Below, piece by piece: positions 18,262-29,140 of a stretch of DNA of 64,000 nucleotides. Below the pieces are notes generated by a model, which did no database searches, was not told the DNA's origin, and saw only the letters and a list, made by a program, of their open reading frames with translations. Each line of letters starts with the position of its first letter. The stretch's first letter is position 1. The DNA lies in the NCBI GenBank assembly GCA_001512745.1, contig LFSM01000075.1:80637-144636 (forward strand), in the 5' to 3' direction. A program made the translations under genes and the position numbers. Origin of the DNA: Clostridiales bacterium DTU032 (GTDB lineage: Bacteria > Bacillota > Clostridia > Saccharofermentanales > DTU023).

Positions 18262-19944
18262 TTAAAACAGGCCGGAAATTTTACCGTTGGCATCCACGTC
18301 GATCTTCTCAGCAGAGGGTACGCGCGGCAGTCCGGGCATGGTCATAACTTCGCCGGTTAGGGCAACGATAAAACCTGCCCCGGCAGAAACCTTAAGGTTT
18401 GAAACCGTGATTTCAAAGTCGCGGGGGGCACCGATCAGTGACGGGTCATCGGAAAAAGAATACTGCGTCTTAGCCATACATACAGGCAGATCACCAAAGC
18501 CGTTGTCTGCCAATTCTTTGAGCTGTTTACGGGCCTTATTGCTGTAAACAACGCCATTGGCACGATACATACGTTTGGCAATAGCTTCGATTTTCTCTTC
18601 TATTGTCGTGTCGAGTTCGTAGGTGTAATGAGGAGACTTGTCGGAATCGCTGTCACAGAGACGAATGACTTCTTCAGCCAGTTCCAGACCACCTTCGCCG
18701 CCTTTGCCCCATACTTCAGACAGTGCAACATTTACATTAAGCTTGCGGCATTCTTCAGCTACCAGCTCAAGTTCTGCTTCTGTGTCATCAGGGAAACGGT
18801 TAATTGCTACTACGACAGGAAGTTTGAAGATTTCCTGCATATTTTCAACATGCTGCAGCAGGTTCGGCATACCCTTGGCCAGAGCATCGAGGTTTTCACC
18901 TTTCAGGTCGGTTTTGGCTACGCCACCATGCATTTTCAAAGCGCGAACGGTTGCAACGATTACAACTACATCCGGTCTAAGTCCGGCTGCCCGGCATTTA
19001 ATATCTATGAATTTTTCAGCGCCCAGATCTCCGCCGAATCCGGCTTCGGTAACCAGGTAATCAAAATTATTCAGAGCCAGTTTGCTTGCCAGGATGCTAT
19101 TACAGCCATGTGCAATATTTGCAAAGGGTCCGCCATGAACAAAAGCAGGAGTGCCTTCAAGTGTTTGAACCATATTGGGCTTAATCGCATCTTTCAGCAA
19201 AGCAGTCATAGCCCCTTCCGCCTTGAGATCAGCACAGGTAACAGGTTTGCCATCATAGCTATATGCAACAACAATTCTGGCCAGACGAGCCTTTAAGTCT
19301 TCCAGACTGGTCGCCAGACAGAATATGGCCATAACTTCTGATGCAACAGTGATATCAAAACCGTCTTCACGCGGAGTACCATTAGCTTTGCCGCCAAGGC
19401 CATCCACAACAAAACGCAGTTGACGGTCGTTCATGTCAACTACACGTTTCCAGGTAATCTGGCGGGGATCAATATTGAGACTGTTGCCCTGTTGAATATG
19501 ATTATCCAGCATGGCAGCCAACAAGTTATTGGCGGCTCCGATAGCATGAAAGTCTCCAGTAAAATGCAGGTTCAGGTCTTCCATCGGGACGACCTGGGCG
19601 TAGCCGCCACCTGCAGCTCCGCCTTTAATGCCAAAGACAGGGCCCATGGAAGGTTCACGCAAGGCCACAGTGCTTTTTTTGCCCAACTTTGTCAGAGCAT
19701 CAGCCAGACCTATTGTCGTTGTGGTCTTACCTTCCCCGGCAGGAGTAGGTGTAATTGCTGTCATCAGGATAAGTTTGCCCTGCTCTTTATCTTCGGATTG
19801 CGACAAAGCATCCAATGATACCTTCGCTTTGTACTTGCCGTAGTGTTCAAGATGATCTGGCGATATGGCTGCTGCTTCCGCAATCTCGTCGATTGATCTC
19901 ATTTCCGTCGCCTGGGCGATTTCAATGTCGGATTTGAATGTCAT
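18262..19944 (-). CDS. fhs: Formate-tetrahydrofolate ligase
   Basis: 560 aa with the P-loop [15 protein letters not shown] and colinear throughout with FTHFS. Confidence 0.96.
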   Translation of the reverse strand: MTFKSDIEIAQATEMRSIDEIAEAAAISPDHLEHYGKYKAKVSLDALSQSEDKEQGKLILMTAITPTPAGEGKTTTTIGLADALTKLGKKSTVALREPSMGPVFGIKGGAAGGGYAQVVPMEDLNLHFTGDFHAIGAANNLLAAMLDNHIQQGNSLNIDPRQITWKRVVDMNDRQLRFVVDGLGGKANGTPREDGFDITVASEVMAIFCLATSLEDLKARLARIVVAYSYDGKPVTCADLKAEGAMTALLKDAIKPNMVQTLEGTPAFVHGGPFANIAHGCNSILASKLALNNFDYLVTEAGFGGDLGAEKFIDIKCRAAGLRPDVVVIVATVRALKMHGGVAKTDLKGENLDALAKGMPNLLQHVENMQEIFKLPVVVAINRFPDDTEAELELVAEECRKLNVNVALSEVWGKGGEGGLELAEEVIRLCDSDSDKSPHYTYELDTTIEEKIEAIAKRMYRANGVVYSNKARKQLKELADNGFGDLPVCMAKTQYSFSDDPSLIGAPRDFEITVSNLKVSAGAGFIVALTGEVMTMPGLPRVPSAEKIDVDANGKISGLF

Positions 19945-20148
19945 GTGTGCACCTCGTTCTTGTTTTTTTCAATTTAATTCATGTGTAAATAACGATTTTT
20001 ATATTTTTACTGAAATATATTGCATCCCAATAATCTTATATTTAAAACAAAGAAAAATGCAACATATTTACAACACAGTCTTTCTGACAAACCTTGTACG
20101 ATCTCATCATATATTTGGGGTAAAAGTCAGGCTTCAAAAAATCTTTTA

Positions 20149-20895
20149 TTATCCGGCAGGTAGTTCCTCTTCAGTATCAACGACAATTTCGCTGGCCAGA
20201 CTGCGAATATCCAATAACCAGATCACACGTCCATGAACCCGGATCAAGCCATCTTTCTCCATACTGATAAGTTCCCGGGAAAAAGAAGGGCGCGGCATCG
20301 CCAGCAGACGCGAAACTACTTCTTTGGATACCGGCAATTCCACCGCATAGGTTGTCGGATAGCGCAGTGCCTGTTCCAATGACATATCATGGTCTTCTAA
20401 TTGCTCTTCAAGCAACTGCAGTAAGTAATGCCCTATTTTTAAGCGTAAGGTTTTTTGTGACAGCAGATCTATCCTCTTATCCTGTTCTGTAGAACGGTCA
20501 GATAGCTGCTGCATATAGTTCAGCAGCAACTGAGGGTTCTTGGATATCATTGACAATAATACTTCACGTGTCATTTTTACTATTTTGCAATGAGAGACAG
20601 CCTCAAGCGTGAAAGGATATTTTTTGCGTGTCGAAAAAATGAGAGTTGTACCGAAAATATCACCAGGGCCAAGCAAATCAAGAGTAGAAAACTCGCCTGA
20701 TGCAGAATACTTTTGTCTGGCTACCTGTCCGTCAATAATTATTCCGATTCCGGTACAGGGATCCCCTTCATTAACAATGACTTCACCCTTCCAAAATGTT
20801 TTCATGTTAGTGCTATAACAGAATTCATGGTAAACAGCCTGGTCCAAACCGGCAAAAAGTGAAGTCATACCCAAAAAGTCACAGAGTTTTTTCAT
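20149..20895 (-). CDS. Crp/Fnr-family transcriptional regulator
   Basis: 248 aa with an N-terminal cNMP-binding-like barrel and the C-terminal HTH SKEVVSRLLAMPRPSFSRELISMEKDGLI. Confidence 0.85.
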   Translation of the reverse strand: MKKLCDFLGMTSLFAGLDQAVYHEFCYSTNMKTFWKGEVIVNEGDPCTGIGIIIDGQVARQKYSASGEFSTLDLLGPGDIFGTTLIFSTRKKYPFTLEAVSHCKIVKMTREVLLSMISKNPQLLLNYMQQLSDRSTEQDKRIDLLSQKTLRLKIGHYLLQLLEEQLEDHDMSLEQALRYPTTYAVELPVSKEVVSRLLAMPRPSFSRELISMEKDGLIRVHGRVIWLLDIRSLASEIVVDTEEELPAG

Positions 20896-21040
20896 ATATT
20901 ACCGTACTCCTCCAATTGGATTAACCAACAACTAATTATAAGGTATACAGCAAAGAATTTGCATTATCTCTCCTTTTATTGCAATCAATCTGTACTTATT
21001 CAGATTATCATATAAGCACAGTCTGCGTTTAATTTTTGAA

Positions 21041-21481
21041 TTAATACTCATCTAATTCGCCAATCAGCTTTACCCGGTCAGCGTGGCGGCCGCCTTCAAA
21101 TTCAGTAGCGAGAAATTCATCGACGATCATCAGTGCCAGCTCATCACCCACGACCCGGCCACCCATGGCCAGTACATTGCAATCATTGTGGAGGCGAGAC
21201 ATACGGGCTGAATATGGTTCACTGCAGCAGCAGCAACGTACACCTTTCACTTTGTTGGCGGCAATAGAAATACCGATACCGGTTCCGCAGAAAATTATAG
21301 CAAGGTCGCTGTTGCCATTTGCCACTTCTTTGGCAGCCATATTGCCAAAGACGGGATAATCACTGCGTTCTTTATTATGGACGCCCAGATCATTAATATG
21401 ATAGCCCTTTGCTTCTAAATGAGCTCTGACGTACATTTTCAAATCATAACCTGCGTGATCACTGGCTAATGCTATTTTCAT
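21041..21481 (-). CDS. rpiB: Ribose-5-phosphate isomerase B
   Basis: 146 aa starting MKIALASDHAGYDLK and containing CGTGIGISIAANK. Confidence 0.93.
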   Translation of the reverse strand: MKIALASDHAGYDLKMYVRAHLEAKGYHINDLGVHNKERSDYPVFGNMAAKEVANGNSDLAIIFCGTGIGISIAANKVKGVRCCCCSEPYSARMSRLHNDCNVLAMGGRVVGDELALMIVDEFLATEFEGGRHADRVKLIGELDEY

Positions 21482-21554
21482 TTCATCTTCTCCTTAATAT
21501 TTTTCTCAGCAAGACTCTCCGGAAAATTCATTAAAAAACAGCCTCCGGCTTCTG

Positions 21555-23420
21555 TTACTTAGCTTTACGTCCATAATTCATAAGACGCATCGCATTAAGT
21601 ATAACCAATAAAACCGATCCTTCATGCACTAACATTCCTAAGGACATGTTGACTTCCTGCAGCAAAACGCCAGCCAGAAGCACGATCACAATGATAATGG
21701 CAAAGATTACATTTTGCTTAACATTATTCGACGTTGCCCGGCTAAGCCCCATTGCGTAAGAGAGTTTTCCTATATCATTACTCATCAGTACAACATCAGC
21801 AGTTTCCATTGCCACATCAGCACCTGCAGCACCGATAGCGATACCGGGATCAGCCGAGGCCAGAGCCGGTGCATCATTGATACCGTCTCCAACCATGGCT
21901 GTTTGACCATACTTAGCTGACAAATCCTCTAAAGAGCTGACTTTGTCCTCCGGCAGCAGTTCACTGTAGTGCCCATCCAAACCCAGCTCGTCTGCAACAG
22001 CCTGAGCCGAGCGGCGGTTATCCCCGGTCAACATGACAATGTGCTCAATTCCTTGTGAGTGCAGATCGCTTACGAGTTGTTTAGCTTCAGGACGGATGGT
22101 ATCTGCTATGGAAATAATCCCATGAAGCTTGTCCTCTGATGCCATGATTACAGCAGTCCGGCCCAGGGCTTCTTCTGCGTTGAGATAGTCTTCCAGAGCT
22201 GAGTAATCAATCTTTTTGTCAGCAAGCAATCTTCTATTGCCCATGTAATACTCTGTTCCTTCATAGGTAAAAACCAGACCATAGCCGATCAGCATACGGG
22301 CGTCATCAGGAGTTTCCGTGATTCTCCCCAGTTTTTCTTCAGCTTTCATGATAATAGCCGCGGCGAGCGGATGCTCTGAATATGATTCACCGATGGCGGC
22401 CAAGCGCAAAAACTGATCTTCATCCATATCGTAAGTTTTAATCCTGCTGACGCCGGGTTTTCCTTCTGTAAGTGTTCCGGTTTTATCAAAAGCGATCGCT
22501 TTCAGACGGCCAAGCTTTTCCATAATTTCTCCGCCCTTGATTAACACGCCATTTTTAGCACCATTACCGATGGCTGCAACGTAGGAAATGGGGGTAGAAA
22601 TAACCAGGGCACCCGGACAGGAAACCACCAGCAAGGTCAGGGCGAGTCTGATATCTCTGGAGATCAGACCTGCTGCAATTGACAGGACAATAATTGCAGG
22701 GGTATACCAGGCAGCAAATTTCTCCAAAAATTTCTGAGAACCGGCTTTCTTGTCCTGAGCTTCCTCAACCATATGCAGGATGCGGGCGAAAGTCGTGTCT
22801 TCACCAACTTTTTCCGCTTTTACTAAGAGATAACCTGACTCAAGGATGGTACCTGAGAAAACCTCTTCACCAGGATTACGTGAGACCGGCATGGATTCTC
22901 CGGTTATTGCCGCCTGATTAACATAAGCCGAGCCTTCAAGGACTTTACCATCAACAGCAATTTTCTCGCCGGGTTTAATTATCAGCAAGTCGCCATAAAG
23001 CACTTCATCCGGTGATATTTCTATCTCTTCATTATTACGCCTGACCCGCGCAGTGTCCGGAGCCAGATCCATCAGCGAACGAATGGAGTTTCGTGTTTTT
23101 TCCAGCGTCAAAGATTCCAGATAGTCCCCAATGGTGAAGAGAAAAGTAACGGCTTGCGCTTCCCAGTATTCACCGATAATAACTGCGCCGATTGCTGCGA
23201 TTGAAACCAGCAGATCTATACCGACAACCCTGTATCTGAGACCGACAAGAGCAGTTTTAAATATATTATAGCCGGCTATGACCGTAGCCAGTATCATGAT
23301 CACGATCGAAACAGCCGCATATCCTTCTATATCTTTATGAATAACTTTATTCAATATAATTGCCGCGATGGCCATTAAGCCCGTAATCCAGACGATCTGT
23401 TTTTTTGACAGTTTAAACAT
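21555..23420 (-). CDS. Heavy-metal P1B-type ATPase (CadA/ZntA-like), no N-terminal metal-binding domain, non-canonical CPG motif
   Basis: 621 aa with ITGESMPV, DKTGTLT, GDGINDAPAL and HEGS. The TM motif reads VVSCPGALVISTP where CPC is usual. There are four TM segments before the actuator domain. RBS is AGGGGGAAG. Confidence 0.9.
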   Translation of the reverse strand: MFKLSKKQIVWITGLMAIAAIILNKVIHKDIEGYAAVSIVIMILATVIAGYNIFKTALVGLRYRVVGIDLLVSIAAIGAVIIGEYWEAQAVTFLFTIGDYLESLTLEKTRNSIRSLMDLAPDTARVRRNNEEIEISPDEVLYGDLLIIKPGEKIAVDGKVLEGSAYVNQAAITGESMPVSRNPGEEVFSGTILESGYLLVKAEKVGEDTTFARILHMVEEAQDKKAGSQKFLEKFAAWYTPAIIVLSIAAGLISRDIRLALTLLVVSCPGALVISTPISYVAAIGNGAKNGVLIKGGEIMEKLGRLKAIAFDKTGTLTEGKPGVSRIKTYDMDEDQFLRLAAIGESYSEHPLAAAIIMKAEEKLGRITETPDDARMLIGYGLVFTYEGTEYYMGNRRLLADKKIDYSALEDYLNAEEALGRTAVIMASEDKLHGIISIADTIRPEAKQLVSDLHSQGIEHIVMLTGDNRRSAQAVADELGLDGHYSELLPEDKVSSLEDLSAKYGQTAMVGDGINDAPALASADPGIAIGAAGADVAMETADVVLMSNDIGKLSYAMGLSRATSNNVKQNVIFAIIIVIVLLAGVLLQEVNMSLGMLVHEGSVLLVILNAMRLMNYGRKAK

Positions 23421-23475
23421 CTTCTTCCCCCTGGTTAATTTGCCTTGATGTATTGATTATTAGCTGCCGGAAAGA

Positions 23476-23497
23476 ATTATACCCTGATCCGGGTCAA
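23476..23497 (-). promoter_or_regulatory. Candidate -10 element plus palindromic operator upstream of the P-type ATPase
   Basis: On the - strand: TTGACC (23497-23492), the palindrome ACCCGGATCAGGGT (23494-23481) and TATAAT (23481-23476). The TTGACC to TATAAT spacing is only 10 nt, so TTGACC is probably not the -35. The palindrome overlaps the promoter core. Confidence 0.3.
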
Positions 23498-23532
23498 ATA
23501 TTTATTTTTAAAAATTGTTCTAATAATTATCC

Positions 23533-23568
23533 AAAAAAATCAACCGCCTTTGGCTAAAGGTGGTTGAT
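23533..23568 (-). terminator. Intrinsic terminator after copZ
   Basis: On the - strand: AUCAACCACCUUU-AGCC-AAAGGCGGUUGAU followed by UUUUUUU. Confidence 0.75.
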
Positions 23569-23597
23569 TTAGCCACAAAAATAACGTTTGCAGATAA

Positions 23598-23813
23598 CTA
23601 TTTTACAGAGACTACTTTATAGCCCAGTTGTTCGATAGCTGCTGAGATATCATCTACTGACACCAGATCTTCGTCCAAAGCAAGCTTCACTCTGCCGCTA
23701 TTATAGAGAACTTCTGACTCTCCAACACCTTTGGTCTTCTTCAGAAGTTTTTCAATCCTCAATACGCAGGTGGGGCAAGTCATCCCTTCCAGTTGCAAGG
23801 TTTTATTTGTCAT
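23598..23813 (-). CDS. copZ: Heavy-metal-associated (HMA) metallochaperone, CopZ-like
   Basis: 71 aa with the GMTCPTC metal-binding motif and a ferredoxin-like HMA length. Confidence 0.9.
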   Translation of the reverse strand: MTNKTLQLEGMTCPTCVLRIEKLLKKTKGVGESEVLYNSGRVKLALDEDLVSVDDISAAIEQLGYKVVSVK

Positions 23814-23910
23814 TTTCGACTCCTTTTGAAATATCTTTTTTTCTGTATTAACTATAACCTAGGACTTTGAGGCAAATCTTTGATTAAGGTCAAAATTACA
23901 AAATGTTACG

Positions 23911-23945
23911 CAAAATGAAAAGCGGCAAAACGCCATTGCCGCTTT
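23911..23945 (-). terminator. Putative terminator after the 166-aa hypothetical gene
   Basis: Hairpin AAGCGGCAA-loop-UUGCCGCUU with U-rich flanks on both strands. Confidence 0.5.
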
Positions 23946-23987
23946 CCATTTTGTCTTTTATATAGAAGAAAATGAATATCAGTTGTT

Positions 23988-24488
23988 TCAGGCCCAGGGA
24001 TCCTCAGCTTGTGGTGCGCGTATATCTGACAGCAGATATTGTTCCCACAAGAACCACTCCCCGCTGCTGGGCTTCTCGCGCAGCAGAATTTCACGCGGAC
24101 TGTCGGCTCCTGAGGAGCGCAGGAGAAGTTTGGCATAACCTTGGTCCTTATAGCTGTAAGGTCCGTCAAAAATGCTGATCTGATACGGCTGTTCAGCCTT
24201 ATAGTTATTTTCCGGAGCTGCCCCCTCAAGGAAGGAGTAAGGCTTATAGCCTTTCCCGCTCAGCCTGTCCCGCAGGAACTGCAGGTCATAGTTAGACAAA
24301 GCTTGCGGGCCTTTTAGAAAGTTCAGCATTTCTACTGCATCCTCAGGACTATCCTCATAACGGCAGAGTGCTAAGATGGTCAGTGCTGCTGTCTTGAAAG
24401 GACTTGATAAATCAGCTTCTGCTAGTGTTTTAAGTTCTTCAAGATTAAGCGGTAAATCTGTAAATTTAAATGTTTCAGTCTTTGTCAT
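23988..24488 (-). CDS. Hypothetical protein (166 aa), no recognisable motif
   Basis: Clean ORF with RBS GGAAGGCGGAAGGG upstream. I cannot assign a family from the sequence. Confidence 0.65.
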   Translation of the reverse strand: MTKTETFKFTDLPLNLEELKTLAEADLSSPFKTAALTILALCRYEDSPEDAVEMLNFLKGPQALSNYDLQFLRDRLSGKGYKPYSFLEGAAPENNYKAEQPYQISIFDGPYSYKDQGYAKLLLRSSGADSPREILLREKPSSGEWFLWEQYLLSDIRAPQAEDPWA

Positions 24489-24630
24489 CGCCCTTCCGCC
24501 TTCCTAAAATTTCCGGATTATTAATTAATTTTACACCACTTACAGGGCTTGCGACCTACCTGTGGCGGGTAGGTTTTAAAGCACCGCAAAGCAAGTTAAT
24601 ATCAGTTCACACACAGAATAGTATTCACTA

Positions 24631-25422
24631 CTATTCTATTTTATAAGCTAAATCTTTATGGTAATCAGACTCAATAGTAATAACAATCCCGAACTGTTCT
24701 GCAGGACTCTCCCCGTCTACATCATGCCAACGCGCTGCAAACTCAGTTTTCGGGATGTAAGCATAATTTCCTGAAGTGGACGGATCCATGAAATATATGT
24801 TTTCAGCATCGTAACCGATAGCTATGACATAATGGCCGCTGTCGTATTCCAGCTTGTACTCAGAAATAGTCAGGTATGACCAGGCCTGTATCGCGCAGAT
24901 TACCGGTTTGCCCTGGTCCAAATAAGCGCAAAGCTCGTCAATAGTAAGTTCAAATTTTGGCTCTGCGATGATTCTGTTCTCATTACCGTCCTGAGTTGAA
25001 TCACTGTAATGAGACTTTGTGTTTAGAAGCTCGACAATTTTCCTATAGTTAGTTCCGTCTTCATCATTTGCTCCTAAAGCTGAGGACAGATTATCTTCCC
25101 GAACGTCAAAATCATAGCCGGTGTACCTCAGGATTGACTGGGCACAGGCAACCCCGCAGGTATACCTTGTTGACTGCCGGACCAGCGGCAATTCAATCAG
25201 GGCCGTCGGAAGTTGTTCTTTCAGATCCAGTGATGCGGGATAATAATGCTCAAAGCTGACTTCAAATACTTCTTCATCAACTATTCCGCTATCCACATCT
25301 GCTTCATCTCCCTTGTTAGTAACCGGTATACTTTCTTTGCTTCCGCTATCCCCTTGACATCCTGTGACAGGCAAGCTTATCAGCAATATCACGAGTAAAA
25401 TTACAAGACTGGATTTTTTCAT
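24631..25422 (-). CDS. Lipoprotein with papain-like (peptidase C39-like) domain
   Basis: 263 aa with signal peptide plus lipobox LPVTGC. The TRYTCGVACAQSIL Cys motif and a later H (SGHYVIAIGYD) resemble C39-like cysteine peptidases. Confidence 0.7.
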   Translation of the reverse strand: MKKSSLVILLVILLISLPVTGCQGDSGSKESIPVTNKGDEADVDSGIVDEEVFEVSFEHYYPASLDLKEQLPTALIELPLVRQSTRYTCGVACAQSILRYTGYDFDVREDNLSSALGANDEDGTNYRKIVELLNTKSHYSDSTQDGNENRIIAEPKFELTIDELCAYLDQGKPVICAIQAWSYLTISEYKLEYDSGHYVIAIGYDAENIYFMDPSTSGNYAYIPKTEFAARWHDVDGESPAEQFGIVITIESDYHKDLAYKIE

Positions 25423-25518
25423 AGAAATGCACCCCTTTAATGTTTGTTCTATAGAACTTACGGCGCCATTCTACTTGTTACGGTAGGTATTTATTTGTCG
25501 AAAGTCCCCTGTGTCTTA

Positions 25519-26601
25519 TCAAAAACTAATACTAATCAGATTGCTGGTATTTTCATAAGAATAACCGGCAGTCTCTGTTTTGGCTAAGGCGATTTTAACA
25601 GCGAGCTCATCCCCTTCCTCCAGAGGGTTAAATCTTTTTCCCTCCCAGCGCATGGTCACCTCACAGGCCTCTCCGCCTTCCGCACAGGAAGCATCAAAAC
25701 TCAAGAACATACCTGAGTCCGGCAAAACCGGAAGTATTACCGATACGCACATTTCTTCAAATATCTGCTGGAACTTCAAGTTTTGTGCCGGCGATAATGC
25801 ATGTCTGTATGTGAACTCCGCCAGGCTGTTTGCAACAGCAACAAAATCAAAGTCCCTGCTTTCAATATCGTAATGGAAATTCCGCAGTTGTTTTACAAAT
25901 ATACGGGTTCTTTGCTTCTGAGGATTATCGAAAATATCTTCCGGAGTCCCTTCCTCATAAATAATGCCCTGATCCATATAAAAAACCCGACTCGAAACAT
26001 CACGGGCAAACTTCATTTCATGGGTAACAATCACCATGGTAAGTCCCTCTCCGGCAAGATTCCGGATTACAGCAAGAACTTCCCCAACCATAGTCGGATC
26101 CAATGCGCTGGTGGGTTCATCAAAAAGCAAAATCTCCGGTCTCATGGCCAGGGCTCTGACAATAGCTGCGCGCTGTTGCTGGCCGCCGGATAACTCATCC
26201 GGATAGTTTTTCGCTTTCTCAGCCAGGCCGACACTTTTTAAAAGCCTTATGGCTTCATCATATGCCTCCTGCCGGCTTAGCCCTAAAAGATCTATGGGAG
26301 CCATCATTGTATTTTCAATTATTGTCAGATGGGAGAAAAGGTTGAAAGACTGAAATACCATGCCCATTTTCTGGCGAACTTTTGTAATAGTAGCCGGGTC
26401 CTGGTAGATGTTTACGCCCTCCAGGAAGATCTCGCCGGAGCTGGGCTTTTCCAGACCATTCAGGCAGCGTAAAAAAGTGCTTTTTCCGGTACCCGACGGA
26501 CCGATAACCGATATTACTTCACCCTTGCTGATGCTGGTATTAACATCAGTCAAAGGAATCACATTGGGATATTCCTTTCTTAAATGCCGGACTTCAATCA
26601 T
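25519..26601 (-). CDS. Polar amino-acid ABC transporter ATP-binding protein with C-terminal extra domain
   Basis: 360 aa with [17 protein letters not shown] and [11 protein letters not shown]. About 115 residues follow the ABC core. Its start shares an ATGA overlap with the permease stop. Confidence 0.9.
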   Translation of the reverse strand: MIEVRHLRKEYPNVIPLTDVNTSISKGEVISVIGPSGTGKSTFLRCLNGLEKPSSGEIFLEGVNIYQDPATITKVRQKMGMVFQSFNLFSHLTIIENTMMAPIDLLGLSRQEAYDEAIRLLKSVGLAEKAKNYPDELSGGQQQRAAIVRALAMRPEILLFDEPTSALDPTMVGEVLAVIRNLAGEGLTMVIVTHEMKFARDVSSRVFYMDQGIIYEEGTPEDIFDNPQKQRTRIFVKQLRNFHYDIESRDFDFVAVANSLAEFTYRHALSPAQNLKFQQIFEEMCVSVILPVLPDSGMFLSFDASCAEGGEACEVTMRWEGKRFNPLEEGDELAVKIALAKTETAGYSYENTSNLISISF

Positions 26602-28208
26602 TTTTCTGTCACTCCTTTAAGATCACGGGATCTTTTCCTGGGATCAATTCTGACTTCAATCAAATTTAAAAGGGAGGTTAAAATCCAGGCAATTAAAAAG
26701 TAAATTATTGCAGTGACAATCAGGGGAAAGAAAGCTTCATAAGTCCGGCTGCGGATGATATCCGATACCTTGGTCAGGTCCTGAACGGCAATGTAGCTCA
26801 CTACGGAGGTCATTTTTACCATTGATATAAATTCGCCTTTATAGACCGGTAGTATATGGCGTGCTGCCTGTGGAAATATGACCTTACGGAAGGTCTGGAT
26901 ACTGTTGTAACCTAAAGCCAGAGAAGCCTCACGCTGGCCCCTGGGAACAGCTTCAATACCGGTCCTCATCATTTCACCGACATAAACACCAAAATTAACA
27001 GATATGCCGATAATTGCAACCAGGATGGCATTTATATCAATTGATCCGAACACAACATAATATATAATCATCAGAAGTACTACCAAGGGTACGCCCTGAA
27101 TTAATCTAATGAATACTTTTGCAAAGTTTGCCAGGCCCTTTCTTTTACTCATACGAAGCAAACAGAATCCAAATCCAAATATACTTCCGATTATTCCTGA
27201 CATTATTGAAATCAGCAAAGTTACGCCCAGGCCTCTGACAATAAGCTTCCAGCGGCTTTCCCTGATGAAAGTTTTGTTGAAACTATCTGAGATTCTCTCC
27301 CAGAAACCGACTGCAGCATTTTCCTTGGAATCACCATTGCTGTCAGCAAGAGCACGTGTGATTATCCACTGACTGTAAGAATGGTAACTTTCTGTGAAAT
27401 CAACACTTTGGCGGCGTTCTTCAGTAATAGCAAGACCCCCTCCGGCCAGATCATACTTGCCTGAAGTTATACCCGCCAGCATTCCGGCAATATTGGACTC
27501 AGTTACCGTCAGCCCATAGCCATATTCCTGACAGAAACGGCTAAGTAAATCAAGCTCCAGACCTGTCAGATCACCAGCTTGCATAAAGCTGATGGGCTCC
27601 ATATTTGCCTGAGCAGCATAGCGAATAGTGCCACGATCTCCTGTCAGCTCAGATGCTGAAATCACTTCAGGATAGCTGTCCTTTGCTTTAAACCACTTAT
27701 CATATATTTCATCAAAGAGACCGCTGGTCTTTGCAGTCAAAATGTAAGAGTTAAGCTGTAGCAGCAGTTCCCGCGAAAAATCAGTGGGTGCTGACATAAA
27801 GGCAACATGATCCAAAGGCCCCTCCAGCTCAAAGGCTGCTAACTTTTCATTTTCGCGGAGAATAAAGGGAACGCGCGTAGCTACAGTCATAAAACCATCA
27901 ATTTTTCCGGACGTCAGTGCCAGGATCATGTCGGAGATGCCTTCAAAGTAAAGAATGCTTGTGCCGGGCAGGTATTGCGCTGTGTAAGCGTCCTGTATAC
28001 TGCCTGTTCTAACACCCATTTTAGCTTTTGCTATGTTAAGCTCCTGAGACGAGGAAAATTCAGGCCGGGGATTTTTCTCCAGATCAGTTTCCTGCTCACT
28101 TATCCCTACAGCAGAGACAAGCGGAGATTGCGGGCCGACAGATAACAGAGCACAGACAAGTAGTAGCAGGGCCAGAGGAAGAAGCATATTAAAGGCAATT
28201 CTTTTCAT
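26598..28208 (-). CDS. Fused substrate-binding protein/permease of a polar amino-acid ABC transporter (GlnP-like)
   Basis: Signal peptide, a periplasmic-binding type-3-like domain, then a HisM/GlnP-type permease half (REASLALGY loop). Start chosen is ATG 28208. The ORF-track GTG at 28223 abuts the upstream stop. Confidence 0.87.
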   Translation of the reverse strand: MKRIAFNMLLPLALLLLVCALLSVGPQSPLVSAVGISEQETDLEKNPRPEFSSSQELNIAKAKMGVRTGSIQDAYTAQYLPGTSILYFEGISDMILALTSGKIDGFMTVATRVPFILRENEKLAAFELEGPLDHVAFMSAPTDFSRELLLQLNSYILTAKTSGLFDEIYDKWFKAKDSYPEVISASELTGDRGTIRYAAQANMEPISFMQAGDLTGLELDLLSRFCQEYGYGLTVTESNIAGMLAGITSGKYDLAGGGLAITEERRQSVDFTESYHSYSQWIITRALADSNGDSKENAAVGFWERISDSFNKTFIRESRWKLIVRGLGVTLLISIMSGIIGSIFGFGFCLLRMSKRKGLANFAKVFIRLIQGVPLVVLLMIIYYVVFGSIDINAILVAIIGISVNFGVYVGEMMRTGIEAVPRGQREASLALGYNSIQTFRKVIFPQAARHILPVYKGEFISMVKMTSVVSYIAVQDLTKVSDIIRSRTYEAFFPLIVTAIIYFLIAWILTSLLNLIEVRIDPRKRSRDLKGVTEK

Positions 28209-28223
28209 AAGATCTGACCTCAC

Positions 28224-28961
28224 TTATCTGGAAATAAAACCTGATATTTTTGCATAGATTATTTCTTTTTCCACTTTTGTAAAATAGCTATGCCAGGACT
28301 CTTTTAAGCAAATGATTTCGTGATCAGACTCTAGCAATAGTTTATCAAACATAGCCGAACTTTTGAAAGACGCAGTTTCATCTGATTCCGAATGGATAAC
28401 AAGGGTCGGGACCCGGATCATTGGAAGATTTTGCTCTGTTTTTTTCATTAATTTGAAGGGCTGATATAAGACGCGGAGCCAAAACGGCATACTTAAAATG
28501 TACGACTTGTCAATGCTGTGTGATTCTCGGTAGGCTTGTCTGATCTCGGGATCAACACGGTTAAAGAGCAGTTTAATCCTTTTGGATATTGAAGAAGCTT
28601 GCAAAATATTCAGTTTCAGCGGTGACGAGATAAGTACAAGGCCGCTAACATCAAATTTCAAACTCGCATTAACTGCCAGCAATCCACCGATTGAATGACC
28701 AATTAAATATACTTGCTTATATGATGTAAAGCGCAGCAACTGCTTGTCAAGATATTCTTCCCAGGACCTGAGGGTAGTCCGGGCAAAATCAAATCCTGTT
28801 TTCCCATGTCCGGGCAGAAGTAAAGAAACAGCGGAAATACCTTTTTCATAGGCCAAGTCCATTAAGTCACTGCCTTGCGATGGAGATCCCATAAAACCAT
28901 GTATAAAAACAACAATCTTATCGGAATTCTTATGTAATTTTTCTATTGTCTGGAATCTCAT
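28224..28961 (-). CDS. Alpha/beta hydrolase (carboxylesterase/lipase-like)
   Basis: 245 aa with the nucleophile elbow GHSIGG and HGFMGS near the N-terminus. Confidence 0.85.
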   Translation of the reverse strand: MRFQTIEKLHKNSDKIVVFIHGFMGSPSQGSDLMDLAYEKGISAVSLLLPGHGKTGFDFARTTLRSWEEYLDKQLLRFTSYKQVYLIGHSIGGLLAVNASLKFDVSGLVLISSPLKLNILQASSISKRIKLLFNRVDPEIRQAYRESHSIDKSYILSMPFWLRVLYQPFKLMKKTEQNLPMIRVPTLVIHSESDETASFKSSAMFDKLLLESDHEIICLKESWHSYFTKVEKEIIYAKISGFISR

Positions 28962-29140
28962 CGCTTAGGCCTTGTGCGAAGCATAATATGTTACGCCCGC
29001 CTTTCGGCCATAGCTGCAGATTACCTCGGAAACTTTGTGTATATTCATGGCAAAATATACCAACTTTCTTGTTTCAGCTGGCTATAGATTAACACAATTT
29101 AACTATTCTTTAAGAAGCACAAAATGTTACCAAAATTCTA

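Noticed and set aside
19945-20148. ZTP (pfl-motif) or THF riboswitch upstream of fhs.
   Set aside because: fhs is a known target of ZTP riboswitches. However, the about 200-nt upstream region is AT-rich and lacks the GC-rich conserved CCGCCUGGGC-type 3' element or any obvious pseudoknot partner. This was checked by eye only, so a cmsearch would be definitive.
23906-24229. 107-aa - strand ORF and 68-aa + strand ORF overlapping the 166-aa hypothetical gene and its terminator.
   Set aside because: They use alternative frames of the same region and cross the terminator hairpin. They are Arg/Cys-rich and have no RBS.
24489-24630. Hairpins GAATAGTA-GTGAA-TACTATTC (over the stop codon of the C39-like gene) and ACCTACC-N7-GGTAGGT, considered as terminators.
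   Set aside because: Neither is followed by a U tract on the - strand, where the flanking genes are transcribed. On the + strand the second hairpin has a short T run, but no + strand gene is present. They are left unannotated.
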